From Basidioascus undulatus (taxonomy: Eukaryota): a DNA stretch of 64,000 nt. Position 1 is the first letter of the stretch. Every line of letters starts with the position of its first letter. The notes beneath the pieces are model-generated. The model had not been told where the DNA came from. It searched no databases and saw only the letters and a list, made by a program, of their open reading frames with translations. Below, in pieces: positions 1-16,800 of the stretch. A program made the translations under genes and the position numbers. The DNA is taken from contig JTLS01000001.1 of NCBI GenBank assembly GCA_000826855.1, forward strand, positions 1 through 64,000. The letters are read 5' to 3'.

Positions 1-901
1 GTGGGGGAGGAGGGGACGTGTAGATGAGTGTGAACGCGGGGAGGGCGGGGTGGATGGACTAATACGCTCGCTGAGAGAGACGGGATTACGGGAGGTCCGG
101 GTGTGACTGCTTTCGGAAGGGGTTTCTTGAGCGGCTGGGCTCGAGGAGGTTGAGCAGGCCCTGGTAGGTTGTCTGAAGAGGCACGACCTACGCACGCCAG
201 TTGTCGATCCGGCAGACTGTCTGCATTCTTACGCTAGTGTACAGCAGTCGTTGCTGGCTGCGCACCTATGCTGGGATGGTCCTTGGTTCTGCTCTTTCGT
301 CGCGAGGGAGCATTAGGCAGCACTTGAAGCTTGCACTTTCGGGTCAGCCACCCACTAGCTTCGTTCTGTCCGTGTCACCCGCCATTCCAAGACCACGCTG
401 CTTTTACGTATAGCTCGGGTAGAATGTCTACGAGAGGCAAAGCCCGTAAAATGAGCGAGGAGGCTACACTGCAAACTGAGATCGATTGAACCTCGCGAAT
501 GAAAAATGACGCATCATCAGTCATCTGCGAGGCAGCGCCACAGGTCGGACCCGCGTTGCAACATGAACCTCCAAGTGCCGCCAACGCTTTGCTGCGGTTC
601 TCCCTTCCTCGCTTGGCATTTACCCTTCGTACCCTTGCTCCGTACTCCTTCACCGCACCGCCTACACCTGCCCAGCGTCTTCCTCGTACGCGGACGGCAC
701 ACCACCTTACTCTCCTTATCCATCTCCTCCTCCTGAAGACCGGGAGTTCCTGGTTCAACTTCCCAGCCGCACCGCCTTCTACTCCGAACTTTCCAGCCAA
801 CGCCGCCCCCTGATCAGCGGCGTCACCGTCACTTTACTCCTCCTCCGTCCCGTTGAACTTCTTTCGATTCCCTCGAGGCGAGGCGCGTTATCTAATCGGA
901 C

Positions 902-3900
902 ATGGTGCGTCCCACAGAGAAGACGCGTCGACCGGCGCAGCCCGTTGCGTTGGGCCTGCGGCTGACATGGGCTCTGCGCGATGGGGTGCGCGGGGTAGGA
1001 TCGTGTGGGCTTTCATGAGCGGCGGAGGGCTGAACGAGGTGCGTCGTTCCGTGCGCTCCGGGAAGAGAGAAAAAGCTCACGCTCATGACCTGGCCTGGGT
1101 GGAACCAGAGGCACGCCAGTATGCGTCGTGGCAGCAGGGCCCGGTCGAGCAGGAGCCGGACCCGATGAACGAGCGCTGGCGGGCGTCCCTCGACGCGGCC
1201 AAGCAGCGGGAGGACCCGGACGTGCCCGAGGTGTCGCGCCTCAACGCCGACGCGCAGGAGGAGGTCGGCGTGCCGGACGGGTCGAAGGGGACGACGGGGT
1301 ACCAGGTTTGTCTTCCCCTGTCCCCTTCGTCCCCCCTCCCCCCGGTGTCTCTGATAGGGTATGGTGCGGGATGGGTGCAGGAGCCGAACTACCGCCCGCC
1401 CGGGTGGGTCCCGCCCGGGCACATCCCGGGCGCGATGGAGCTGCTGTCCGAGGCGCAGGGGACGCACACGGGCCCGGGCGCGTCGATCCAGGAGGCGCAG
1501 GACAGGTTGGACAAGATGCACCTTGGCGTGCCTGGCGCGGCGGCGGGGGGGATGCCCGGCATCCGCAGGTCCCCGAGCGAGGTCTCCCAGCTGGGGAAGA
1601 TGCGGCCGCACTTGCAGGTGCGTTGGCCGGGTCGGGGAGAATGGGAAGCGGGCTGAGAAGTGGGTGGGGGAGGGTAGTTCATGTGCGGCCCGATGCTGCG
1701 GTACGGTGAGTGACTGGCGGACGGCAGGGAGGAGGCGGGGAGCGGACGGCTGATGAGGTTGGTGGGGAAAAGACACCGTCGTCGACAATATCTGGTACGG
1801 CGCGTGCATGATCGTCACCGCGGACGAAGGCTCGCAGTACGACCCCTTCCCGCGGCTCACGCTGTTCCACGCGTCCCCGCACGGCCCGCAATCGCAAACC
1901 GTTGCGTCTCTCTCCTCTCCCTTCCCCCTTCCCTCTTCCCCCCCCATCCCTTCCCCTCCGACCTAAAATTATGAATGCTGAGAGGGGACTGGCGGGGGTG
2001 TGAAGGTCGAGGGCCAGTCGATCTACATCTACCGCGGCAATGCAGGGTCGTTCAACTTCTGGCGGTTCCTCATCGCCGTGCCACTTAACCCGGAGGAGAC
2101 CAAGGTCGGGTACCGCATCAACGGCGGGACGGAGGTCGAGGTGCGTGGCGCTTTCCCTGTTCCCGTCCTCCTCTCCACCACCCTTTCTCCTTTTTTCTCC
2201 ACTCCTCCACCCCCACCCACTCGCTGACGAACTGCGATTCTTGCCGGGACATGCAGTTCTGGATACCTGCCATCGGGCAGCACTTGCGGTGGATCGGCCA
2301 GAGTGCGTTCCCTTTTCGTTCCCCGTCCCCTTCCGCATCCCTTCCCGTCAGCACCCCAGCTGACGGCCCCGCCCTCACCTCCAGGCTGCAACGGCTTCTC
2401 GCTCGGTGTAAAGCCGGAGGACGTGCGTAGGCTGGCTCGCTGGTCGAGGACACGGGAGTGCGCGAGCTCATGCGGGGTTCCGCGGGCGGGCTGGGATAGT
2501 TCGGCGGACCGCACAGGCTGTGGGAGGACGTGCTGAAGGACCATGAGAAAGCGCCGTTCCACTGCGTGGTTGGAGGGGGCGACCAGGTGCGTCTTTTCTT
2601 CCCGGGGCTCCGCATCCGCCTGCGCGCCGGCTGACGTGACGTTTGTGGGCGCTCCCAGATCTACTGCGACGTGCTCACGCGCGAGGTACGCGCCGTACCA
2701 TGCACCCCTCCCCATTTGATCGTCGCTGACAGCCGAACGCGAATGAACGCCCGTGCAGCCTGAGCTCCAGCCGTGGGTCAACGCGCACCGCGCGTCTGAG
2801 AAGCAGTCGATGCCGCTCACGCCCGAGATCTCGTACGCCGTCGACCGCTTCTTCTTCAACCACGTGCGTCCTCCCCTCCTCCCCCCACCTCTTCCTCTTC
2901 CTCTTCCTCTTCCTCTCCCTCTTCCTCTCCCTCTTCCTCCCTCCCTCTCTTTGATGGACCGCATGCTGAATTCCGAGTTGGAGCGGGCGCAGTACTGCAA
3001 GTGGTTCCGCTCTGGCGCATTCGGCAAGGCCATCAGCACGATCCCGCAGGTCAACATCCTGGACGACCACGGTGCGTTCTCGAGCATTCAAGCCACATTT
3101 GCGAGACGGGTCGTATGACTTACCTTGACCTTTGTGCGGCAGACTTGATCGACGGGTTCGGCTCGTATCCCGACACACTGATGATGTCTCCCATCTTCAA
3201 CGCGTGCGTCCCTCCTCCCAGCCCCTTCATCCCGAAGTCCACCAGCGCGGCTGACTGACTTCATTGCGTTTCGCCCCAAAGCATCGGCTCCCGCGGGTTC
3301 TTCTGGTACCTCCTCTTCCAGCAGTTCGTTGTCGGTGGGTCATTTTCCCCATCTGCTGCTCGTAGCTTGAGGGCTGACCCGTGCGCTGGTAGACGCCGTC
3401 GACGGCACGCGCAGCGACCGCCTGAGCGTGGCGAAGCAGGAGGCGAACGGGATCCCCGCGTCGGGGGCGCACACCTTCAAGAGCACCATCATCGGCGGCG
3501 AGGGCGTGTACATTCCCTATCCTAACCACTCGCTGCTTACTTATCTGGGTGCGTCGTCTTCACTCCGCATTGATTCTTGTGGAACTTTGACTTTGAGGAG
3601 TACTGATGCTGCTGTTGGATGCAGGTCCTAAGGTGTACATGATTGGATTAGATTGCCGGTGCGTTTTCTGTTCCTGCTCTCGGCGGTTGGTAGCAGTGCG
3701 CGGCTGATATTTGGAAGGTCGTTCGCTGCAGTGCCGAGCGTAAGCTGGACCAGATGTGTTCCGAGACGACGTGGAAGCGCGTCTTCGACGCCGCCCGGGC
3801 GCTCCCGCGAGAGGTTGAGCAGCTCGTCTGGCTCATCGGTACGTCCCCCTCCATCATCCACCTTACGACGGACTCGCTAACTGCGCGGTCCCACATAGGC

Positions 3901-4907
3901 GTACCGCTCCTCTACCCGCGCATGGTCTTCGTCGAGTGCGTGTGCCCCGCTTCTCCCGCGTCGTGTGTGGCGGACAGAGGACTGACACCGCCTACTGTTA
4001 TTCGCCCACTTGCAGGAAGATCCTCGAGTCCAACCTGAACCCGATCACGCACCTGAGCCGCACGGGCTCGCTCGGCCTCGCAGGCTTCGTCAACAAGTTC
4101 AACAAGGACGCGGAGCTGCTCGACGACCTCAACGACCACTGGTGCGCGAGCGCGCACAAGAAGGAGCGCAACTGGTTCATCGAGGGTGGGTGTCGCCTCC
4201 TCGCTTCCTCTATGCGGCGCGATTGAGTGGTGCTCATGCGATGGTCGCGCGCGCACACGCAGAGTGCCAGAAGCTCGCGGTCGAGTGCAGGCTGCGCATA
4301 AGCTTCTTGTCGGGCGACGTCCACGCGGCTGCCGTTGGTGAGCTGCCGTCCTTACGTCTGTGCGGCGTAGCTTGTTTTGCTCACTTCGTTGCGTCGCTCA
4401 GGACGCTGCTACGCGAAGACGCCCACGCCGCCGGAGAAGGACCACAAGCTCATGTACAACGTGCGTGGCTACGCAAGTGCCGGTTCTCAAGTTGCTACTG
4501 ACTTATGTCTGTGTTTCGGCAGATCATCACCTCTGCCATCGTCAATACCCCCCCGCCGCCCGCTGCGGCCAAGATGGTCAACCTGCTCGCGCCCAAGACT
4601 CACAAGAGCTTGTACTACATCGACACTGCGGAGGACATGGTACGCCGTTGCGTGCGCAATTCGGCTCCTTCCGTGACCAACGCTCAGTTCGTGAATGCGT
4701 CGGGTTTAACAGGTCGACCTGTTCTCGGTCGACACCGACGGCGCCAAGAACGCCAACAAGTACGTCCAGCCGCGGCGCAACTGGACGGCCATCACGTTCC
4801 TCGAGGACACGGGCGAGCTCGAGTTCAACATCCGCGTGGAGATCAGCAAGGGCTCCGGGACCACTAAGAGTTACCCAATTCGGGCACCGCCACCGGCGTG
4901 GGCCTGA
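902..4907 (+). CDS. Fungal PhoD-like (PhoD_2-type) metallophosphatase-domain protein, many introns
   Basis: Spliced translation MDRVGFHERRRAEREARQYASW... NFWRFLIAVPL... SCNGFSLGV... LWEDVLKDHEKAPFHCVVGGGDQIYCD... VNILDDHDLIDGFGSYP... LLDDLNDHW... SFLSGDVHAAAVG... QIITSAIVN... RRNW... PPPAWA*. The GDQIY-D, DDHD and GDVH metal-ligand motifs are typical of this family. ATG 902-904 is followed directly by intron 905-998; TGA at 4905-4907. Confidence 0.85.
2888..2950 (+). repeat. (CCTCTT/CCTCTC)n polypyrimidine microsatellite inside an intron of the PhoD-like gene
   Basis: About 8-9 tandem hexamers read directly from the sequence. Confidence 0.9.
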
Positions 4908-5136
4908 TGAATCTTGATTGACAGTGTGCATTGACACTAGGCTGCTTTACTCCCTCGCTACCCCTCTTCATGTGCTATACCCTTCCCTTGCCTGCTTCCA
5001 TTTACGTTCGATGTAGCATTAACTGCACAGGCCGATTTGTATCTCCCGTCCTTTGGCTTGGATGCGAGCATGAAGCGCATGCCTGGCACAGTGCTCCTGT
5101 GACCGCCCAAGAACGGAATCCGATGCGCTTTGGAGC

Positions 5137-7601
5137 TTACCTCGACAGATACAGCCAGACTAGCCTCAGGAACGCCCACACGACCCCAAGGGCGCACCAG
5201 ACGCTCGTGAGCATGAGCGGCAGGAACGCAGTCTCGTCCGCGACCTTCTCCTCGCCGACCCAGCCGAGGTAGAGCGGGTGCAGGACGGACGTGGACAGCT
5301 GCAGGAGCGGGAAGAGAGCGAGATAGGCCGTCTCGGCGTGCTCGACGATCACGGAGAGGATACTCGGCGGCGACCTGCTTGTCGGATGGTTCAGACGCAC
5401 GCAGGGCATGAGCGGCAGCGGCTATGCACGCACCGGTAGACCACGCGATTGAGCGACGCGAATGTGAAGAAGCACCACATGCATGAGTAGAGTAGCTTGA
5501 TTGGCGTCTCTGCGACCCACTTCCGTGTTATTTTGTCATGTCATGGGCCGAGCGCTGATGGCGGGACATACCGGCCGGAGTGAAGAGGAGAGGAAAGAGC
5601 GAGAAGATGCCGGCAACGCTTGCAATCACGAATGTGCGGAAGTGTGCGTAGTCTTCGGCGGCGAGGAATCTGTTGCGGATGCTTCAGCATGTTGGGACAC
5701 GGGAAGGATCGGAAACCATTGGACAGGACGCACGAAAGAGGGAAAAGAATGAGGAGCACGGCTTTCTCGTGCACGCTGTCGTAAGGCTCTCGCCCATCAG
5801 CAGTCGGTGAGAAATACCGACAGAAGTATTTACGCACTGCCAGCCGACCAAGAATGACACCCATCCGCAAAGCGTCAGAGCGGTCAGGAATGACTTGTAC
5901 GTCGGGCGCTGCCACAGCTTCATCAGGAAGATCTGTCCGCCACCCATCCCCATTGTTCAGTATCTACGGGGAGCGAGTCTTCCGTGAGGAGGACTCGCAG
6001 ACGTACCGACATCAGACCCAACGTCAGCGCGAACGTGTGCGCGGGCTGGATGGTGGGCAGGATGGCGAACGCCGTATCGCCTACTAGTCCTCGAGAGGAG
6101 GAGGCGATTCCGTGTGCGCGCGGCGTAAGCGAGAGTCGGGAAGCGACTGGAAAGGAAGCGCGGCGTTCAGACCCCGAAACAAAGCGCGAGCGAGAAAGGA
6201 GTATGCTTAACGAACACTTCAGCAGCACTCGGTCCATGAATGTGTACAGCGCCCAGGCGTTCGGCGCCCAGTCTGAGGCTCAGCGCGAACGTCAGCTCAT
6301 GAGAGTTCCTGCGGCAACGTAAAGACTACGCACACGCATGATTCAAGCCTCGCTGGAATGGAAAAAGACGGCTGCCAACCTGCCCCAGCTGTCCCATGAC
6401 GACCCATGGGCCAAGAGAAACAGCGAAGGCAGCAAGTACCGCCGATCCAAGCTTGAGCAGGTTCGGCGCGGCATGCTCAAGAAGTTGACGCAGGCCGGCT
6501 GGAGACGGGAACGGCAGGTTCGCCGGGAGACAGTAGGAGCGCAGGAGATATACGAAGTAGGGCAGCTGCACGCGAGGGTCAGACACGTTCAAAACTGGTG
6601 AGTACTGTTACGCATTCGGGACGTACGGCAAGGTAAGCGTAGATGTGCTTGAAGTTCAGCAGAACCGCGAATAGGAAGCCGGAGAGAACAGGTCGAGACT
6701 GTGCGTCGCGAGGGTCAGCCACGTGCTGGCTTCCCAGAGATTAGGTGAGCATGCCTTTTGAACGAAATATAACGACCATGCGAGGATACCGAACATGAAT
6801 GCGTTGTACTATTGTTCACGCCGCGTAAGCGATCGTCGGGGCGTGTCAGGATCGCACAAACCTGGAAATGGATATGATCGACGATCAAGAACCCGGGATG
6901 CAAGAACAAGCTCGCTGCGATAATCCGCATTGTTTGAGGGTCTCTCGAAGACCTCATGAAGCTGTTCGACGGCTCTCTGTCAGCGTCTGTCCGGCTCGCG
7001 CGTTCGTGAATAGACGCACCGTAGCAACGCCGCGCCAAGGACGAGCTCCGCTAGGAGCACTGTCGTCCGCTGATACGCTACAGCGCTCCAGCCATCAAAA
7101 CCTTTCTCCGATATGGCGGTGATTCGCGGGTCCAGCCAGCGTGCAGGGTACGAGAGAAGGGATTCGAAGTGAGCGAAGAATGGAGGGTAGTCGAGTGCTA
7201 GAGAGAGGGACGCCATCAGCCAAAGCGAGAGAGACAGCAGAGGTTGACGGACTCCACTCTGATGTATCCTGTGGGTGTCTCACATAAGCTTGCAGTCCAT
7301 CGGATATGTTTCATCCCTTGCTCACCTCTAGATACCACTTCGACAAGGGCAGACTTCGCGTGATGGCCAGCCAGTTACGGTGCACCTCGAAATCCGTGCT
7401 CCGACTAGTGGAGGGCTTCATGAGTGGTGTTGACTTATGAAGGCCTGATGAGGTTCGGTGCATCACGCACTACGCCGGAAAGAGCAGAGATTTGAGGAAC
7501 GTCGAAAGGATGAGGATGTCCCGCTCCGAAGTTGTCAGCCATGGCTCGCGTTTGGGCGGGCCGGACGCCGTTGGAGGGGGCTTGATCGACGAGAGCGACA
7601 T
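5137..7601 (-). CDS. ALG8: Dolichyl-PP-Glc1Man9GlcNAc2 alpha-1,3-glucosyltransferase
   Basis: Exons encode [80 protein letters not shown] and [12 protein letters not shown]. The 3' end is uncertain: stop at 5137, or one more intron from the GTAAG donor there. Confidence 0.92.
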
Positions 7602-9475
7602 CTTGGGTGGATTTTTGAAGCGAAAGTTAGTAGACTGACGGATGAATGCTCGACCAGACGCAACGGAGGGAAGGAGTTGGAAGGAGAGCCAAACTCGTCC
7701 CGTCCTGTCAGCTGGCGCGTGTGCCGTCATCGGCAACTTTCCGCCTTCCAGCCTCGCAGTCAACTGTCTCGCTGTCAACGGTCCAACACGCATTTCTTGC
7801 ACTTCTTGAGGCAGTAGACTTCGAAGTTTTGGCTTGTTTTCTTGATATCTCCTTCGGATGCACAATCCAACTTGTATCGAGTGCCGCACGCAACCAAGCC
7901 TCTTAGACTACTACGGGGCGGCGCTTCCGCTGTATGCCTGCGGTGTCTTCACCCAAAGACACAAGTTGAAGTACGAGTTCACAATGAAAACCCCTCCACT
8001 CCATAGGACCACTGCAGGAAACATTGTATCCCGTCCGATGACGGTGATTCAAGGGACTTCCGCGACAGGCATGCTACAGATATCTTCTTAGAACGGAGAT
8101 AATGGCTTGTATGCAAAAGGATGTGCTCCTTCGAAATCAGGAGCATTTATACGGAGCTAAAGGACCAGAAGTCCTTGATGTTTTCCTAGGTTTTCTTGGT
8201 GCAACTCCACTTGCTTTGCGCAGAACCTCGCCTACTCGCCCCCAACATTTGAGCGTTGGCATGTCCAGATGTGGGTGTCAAGCTTCGTTTTACCGATCAA
8301 CGCTCGTTAGGAGCGCAGACGGCACAGCAATCCCATCTGACTCCCTGTCTCCGCATCAGACGGATCATCGGTAGGCGCGCGCTCCCTTACACAGCCGCAG
8401 TGGTCGATACTGAGCCATGACCGGCTGGAGCGGGCGTCATGCTGCATGCTCATGAGGATCCCGCGCGACCAGAGCGCCAGCTCGAACCCGGCCTTTGCCC
8501 CGAGTGCGCTTGCTCGAACCCACGGACATGCGTCTGGCCTTCGACCTCGCGTAGGGAATAATCATCCTCGCCCTAAGGCGCACAGGTTACGCATAATCTC
8601 GGGGCATGACTCTGAAGCTCGACTAGACCTGCTGGTGGGCTCTACGGAACTAGTGGTTCCGTGACTCCCTGCCGGAAGGTGCAAGCCAGTAGAGTGGGCA
8701 GCACCGGAATTACGGATTGTATGCCTCTCCTTTGAGGAAGGATAGTAACCCTGATCCAACCAGGAGGTCTCGGAAGCCCGTTCAGTCCTCCCGGTCGAAG
8801 GGCCTGCTGGTTTCACCGAGAGGACCTTCCCAGATCTGGCAGCATCCCTCCGCTCTGCCGCACATTCTACCACGTCCACACATGAGATCACTAATGGAAG
8901 GATTTTCTGCCCAGTCTATTCGGATAGAGGGGTTCCAAATGCTGTTCGGCTGCCGCACCCGCCGGGAGACCAGCGTCCGAGCGCACTTCCCGCCTCTACG
9001 GTATCCCCCCGGTCTGTGCTGCAACGTAACGCGTTCGAGCGCTCTTCAGTAAACCACCACACACAATAGTCTAGGCTTTAGCTAGCATGAGAACCAAAGC
9101 AAGCATCATGAATCCCACCAAAAGAAGGAAAATGCTGGCTCAGAACGTGTTCGACAGCGCACGCATTGCACGTTCCAACTGCCATCAACTACACAGGTGT
9201 ACAGCACAGCGCCTAAAGGCGCATTCAAAGTTCGATTCGCTTGCAGTTCAGTTCAAAGAACGAATACCGAAGAGGAGAAGAAAACGAGAGGGAAGACGCA
9301 GAAGCAGAAGTATGTACGCGAAGCGAAGCGAGAAAAGCGGAGACAGATGGTCATGAAAGGCGAAGGGTATATGTGGCGTGAGCATGGAAAGAAAGGGTTG
9401 CGAGAAAGTGTGCGAGTGTGCGGTGCAGCGAGATGATTGGGACTGATGGGAAGGGAGGCAGGGAGAGGGAGGGCA

Positions 9476-10675
9476 TCATTGCGCGTGCGGGCGTGGGTGT
9501 AGCCCGTACGCTTGCTCGGGCGGCGCGGGTGGAGGAGCGTACGCGCCGTAGTACAGGTTCGGGTCGTACTGCTGTGGCGGGGGCTGGTGCGGAGGCGGGG
9601 CGTGCTGGGGCTGGTGGTGAGGATGTTGCATCGTTGGAGGGGGTTGGTGGGTTGGCGGATGGTGGGGCAGGGAGTGAGGATGAGGATGGGGCTGGGCGTG
9701 CGATAGGTGCTGCTGATGCTGATGGGGCTGCTGCAGGTGCTGCTGGCGTTGGTGGTGCGACGGCGGGGGCGGGTGGACCGGGAGCGGCTGCGCATGGTGG
9801 TGCGGGCTCGGGAGGGGCGGGACAGGTGGGACGGGGCTCGACTCGGGGCTCTGGACCTTAAGGTTCCGCGCGCTCTTGCGGCGCTTGATCGGGCGCTGCG
9901 TCTGCGTCTGGAGCTGCGGCTCCTCCTCTTCGGCCTGGGGCCCCGCGCCGTCCTCGCCGTCCTCCTCCGTGCTCGTCCCCGCGCCCGCGGCGTCGTCCGC
10001 GTTTAGACACCGCTGGATGAGGTCCTTGCCCTCGTCCGTCGTCACGACCGGCTGGAGCTTCGCAGTGGTGAAGGTGTAGACGAGGCCCGTCTCGGAGACA
10101 ACGAGCAGGAGGACCTGCGTCCCCGTGAGCGTCGACAGCTCGTACGCCTGCGAGCGGGCGGGCGAGCGGGGCGTCAGTGCACGGAGGGCAAACGGGAGGG
10201 TGAGATGGGGTGGATACGCACCTTCTTCATAATCCCCGCCTTGCGCTTGGAGAACGTGATGTGCCGTCGACTCTTGTCCTGGATATACTCAATCTTGATC
10301 TTGCGCCTCCCCGACGTCCTGCCCTTGCCCTTCCCGCCGCCCCCGCCGCCATCCTCGTCGTCGTCGTCGTACTCATCTTTCCACGCCCCTCCGCCGTCAG
10401 CTTTCCTGTCAAACTTCACACACAGGGCAAGAGCGCAAGAACACACCGTCCTCGTCGGCCTCGGGCCGCTCGCGCTTGATGCCCACGGTCTGCGACGCCG
10501 GGGGGCTTGGGCCGGGCTCGAGCGTGGAAGAAGAGGCGGAGGCGGGTGCAGGGCCCAAGGCGGAAGCAGAGGGGGCCATGGAGAGCGAGAGCGGGAAGGC
10601 GGTCGTGGTGTGGGATGAGTCTGTCTTGGGCGTGAGCGCGCTCGAGGAGGAAGGTGCGGCGAGAGGGTCCATCAT
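9476..10675 (-). CDS. MCM1: SRF/MCM1-type MADS-box transcription factor with Q/H/P-rich C-terminus
   Basis: GRRKIKIEYIQDKSRRHITFSKRKAGIMKK|AYELSTLTGTQVLLLVVSETGLVYTFTTAKLQPVV..GKDLIQRCLNA; two introns. Confidence 0.95.
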
Positions 10676-13600
10676 CGCAGTTGCCTGGTCTGCTGTGTTA
10701 TGATGTGGTGGTGCGGTGGCAGGCAGACGATGGCGGGGCGGGCGGATGGCGGGGATAGCGGGACGGGAACGCGGCGGGCGCGCGGGCGCGCGGTGGACGT
10801 CCAGGGGTCGACGCCGTCGTCCAGTCGTCGAGCGGGATGGGAGATAAGAATGCAGATAACACTGGATTGTAAAAAAAATGGGATCTGGGGGCAGGTAAGC
10901 GTTGGAAGCAAGAGTGTTGCAGCGACAAGGCAAAAGGAAGGAAGCAAGGCGAGCGAGAGTGTGCGCTCCGGCACTGCTCCGGCGGGCACGCCTCGTTGGA
11001 CGCGTCGCGTGCAAAGGCAGCAAGCCACCTCGAGCCTAATTGGCGACAAAACAAACGGCACGGTTATGCTGCCGCTTTGGCAGACTTTTTTTTGCAGTGA
11101 GAATAATGCCACTCAAAGACGGGGACGTTGGGCGGTCAGGAGTACTGGGAATGAAAGAGAACGATCAACCACTCTGCATGGGGATCGGTGTCCTCGGGAC
11201 CTGGAATTTCAACCTATGCTTGGAACCGAACACAGTGTGTGAACCACTTTGCCATGTTCATGGCGCCCTTTGACAAGTGCTCAACAGAGGTCGCGGGTGA
11301 CTTGTGGAAAGGACGTTGCATTTTGCAGTCCTGTCAGTTGCGTAGAGTGCAAATCCTCATGCCAGGCCCTTCTCCCCGCACTACCAGTCTATTTGGCATT
11401 GAAGCATCCCGACAAACTGTAATGCTTCTGGCGTCAATAATGTCATGAGAGGTCTATCAGAAAAGAAGCAAAATGCTCATCATCAGACTGGGCTTGCTGC
11501 TTTTCTGCCCTAACCTGCCTGCTCCGCTGCATGCGAGTTCTGTCCAACCAAATGCGAGCCTCAAAATAATCCCACAAAAAATGGATTCTGGAGGTGTACG
11601 ATGATATATTACAGTTCGAACGGAGGAGGAGTACATCCGGGTGGGCCCCCATGCTTCGCAGACTTACATGCGGACGCTGCGTCTGAACTCCAGTTTGTGT
11701 CTAATGGGTGCAAAAGGGCGAGTTGCCCACTGCTTCACTCCGTTTGAAGGATCATTAGTGTCAAGTTTTCTTTCTTGGAATAGTAGCAAGGTTCGATATG
11801 CATCAGATGTACCAGCCCCTGCCCCACTGTAGTACGCTCGGGTGCACGACGGACAGTTTGCAAACCGTTGGTGTGTCCCCCACGAACTTTTGGGGGTTCC
11901 GTGCCTGCTTACGCATAACAGCTACTTTTCTTCACCGCGAACACACGAACTGTTCGCGAGCAGCGCTTTCTCGGACGAAGCCACGGTGAGCCGGTAGAGC
12001 TCCGCTGCCGGCGTGATCAAGCTCGCATTGCTGATAAACTCAGTTCAAGACCAGCGCGGCTGCTTTCACTGAATATAAGGCAGCCTGGAGGCAAGGTTTC
12101 AACAGAATGCGTCCCTTTGGTCGGGAGTTCACGAACAGTTTGAACACGGCCAGTTCTTTGTCTGGTCCGGTATGCACATGTTTGCATGTTTATGGGTAGT
12201 TTCTTGTAGAAAAACCATACGAATATTCTTGAATAGTTCCCGGGAACATCTCGGCGCGCTGCTTGCACAAGAGGTGTTCGTTCTACTCCCCACCAGTGTC
12301 AAGGCTCCCGGCAGCACAGCACAGGCTCGCCGCGCACTTTATTACAACTTATCCGGAGCACCAGGAGGCTGAATAAAAATGAATACCTCCGAGGGCAAAG
12401 AAACCCCACATCATCCCCTCCTGTGGAGCATTTCCGCTGTGTCTCCAAAGGCTGGAGCTTCGCCAAGTACAACTCTCCACGTCGGCCTTCCAGCTGGTTT
12501 TTGAAGGCGTTGGCCCGGAATACTCCTCAATATCTGAGGAAGTTTCAGCTCAGAAAATGAAGGGGGAAAATAGAGCGAACTACGTAAGTATCCAACTACT
12601 CTGAATATGAGCCTCGACTGTCTGTCCGCCGCCGTGGTCCAATCGCTCTTGAGGGAGCTGATCGGACAGAATGGATGCGGCTCTAGATGGGGTGGCAAGA
12701 GAATCTGAGAGTACTATGACCCTCTAAGTGTCGAATAGGAGGAGAAAAGCCGCGGGGCGCTCTTCTGGTGCAGGTACAAGCATGACAAGACACCTGCGAG
12801 GACACGCGTCCACGCCAGTGTGTCTGCTTTCCGTGGCACGCAAGCAGGGTCCCGCACCAGATTAAACGAAATGTGCGCTATAATGTTTTTAAGGGGGGTT
12901 GTTCAGCCGTGCCAAAGGGTTGCAATTGTAAACGTGTACAGCGCAGCGAGCACCTTGGCGTGCTGTGATGTGGACACTGCGTCCAAGCACCTCTGTGCAC
13001 TGATGTTTAATGACCGATTGAGGGAATCTTTGAATGTTTAACAGCTCACATCTCGGGAGTTTTGACCAGAAAGATCCCGCACAAACCACCCTCGCAGTCT
13101 CTAGTTGCATAGTTTTTGGCACCGGCATACGACGAAGCTCCGCTCTGCACAGCGCACTCCCCAAAAAGAAAAGGAAATAAATGAGTGTCACCTACGTGTA
13201 TACGTGATGGTGTCCCCCTTGCTGCAAAAGCTCGTAGTCTGAGCGAGAGCAGAGGTCGGATTTGTCGCCTCAGAAATACAAGTGCCCACAGAGTCCAAAG
13301 ACGTTAAGAGGGGGCCATACTGTTTGGAATTAAACTCTGATCAGTTCGGATTGCTACCTCCGGCTTGCTGGGGCTTGGACGCCGGACAGCTGTGGAGAAT
13401 GGCACAGTGTATTCGGAGGCACGAATTATGCACAAGAAGGGCTGTAACCTGGAAGCGGATGCAGCTTCTTTGGCAGGTTCATTCCACGCAATGCTTTCAA
13501 CTCGCTCGTCCTCACTGTCACAAGTCTCATCATACCACCGACGCAGGTTCAGTATGGATGGCTCGACCGGGTGACGAGGGTGTGCCATCCCGTCAACAAG

Positions 13601-14001
13601 ACGGTGCACAGCGATTCGGTCCTCCCATGGCTATCCCCTGCATTTCACGGAACGCGAGCCTATAGTGCAGCACTTGAGTTTATTTTTGAGCCGAGAAAGG
13701 CGAGCCTCGTTCAACATTTGCCGGCTTTCGGAGTGTAATTGACGAGCGAAGGATGCAGAACTTGAATGTTGATGGCAGTCTCTTTAGAAGGCTGAGGGGG
13801 GTGTTCCGGCACGCGTCGCTTTCTTTTGCTACGAAAGGGGACAATGTCAATGCGGCGGTGTTTAGTTGTTGGGTAGAGTTTGCCGTGGACGCATGAGCCC
13901 TGTATTGTTTGCAAGCCCTGTCGTGCGCGGTTCTGAGAGATGTATTTATGCAGCTGCCTGCATAGCCTTGAACGATCTTCAGCAGCCAAAACGAACTTTA
14001 T

Positions 14002-16800
<2,799 letters not shown>

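Noticed and set aside
8479..8521. Two copies of GCTCGAACCC (B-box-like GGTTCGAG on the minus strand)
   Set aside because: No cloverleaf stems or A-box at the right spacing, so a tRNA or SINE is not supportable.
9476..10675. MCM1 plus a kinase suggesting a mating-type locus
   Set aside because: No pheromone receptor, CaaX pheromone precursor, homeodomain gene or STE20-type kinase is in the window.
11034..11043. CCTAATTGG upstream of MCM1 as an autoregulatory CArG box
   Set aside because: Only five A/T bases between CC and GG; the consensus needs six.
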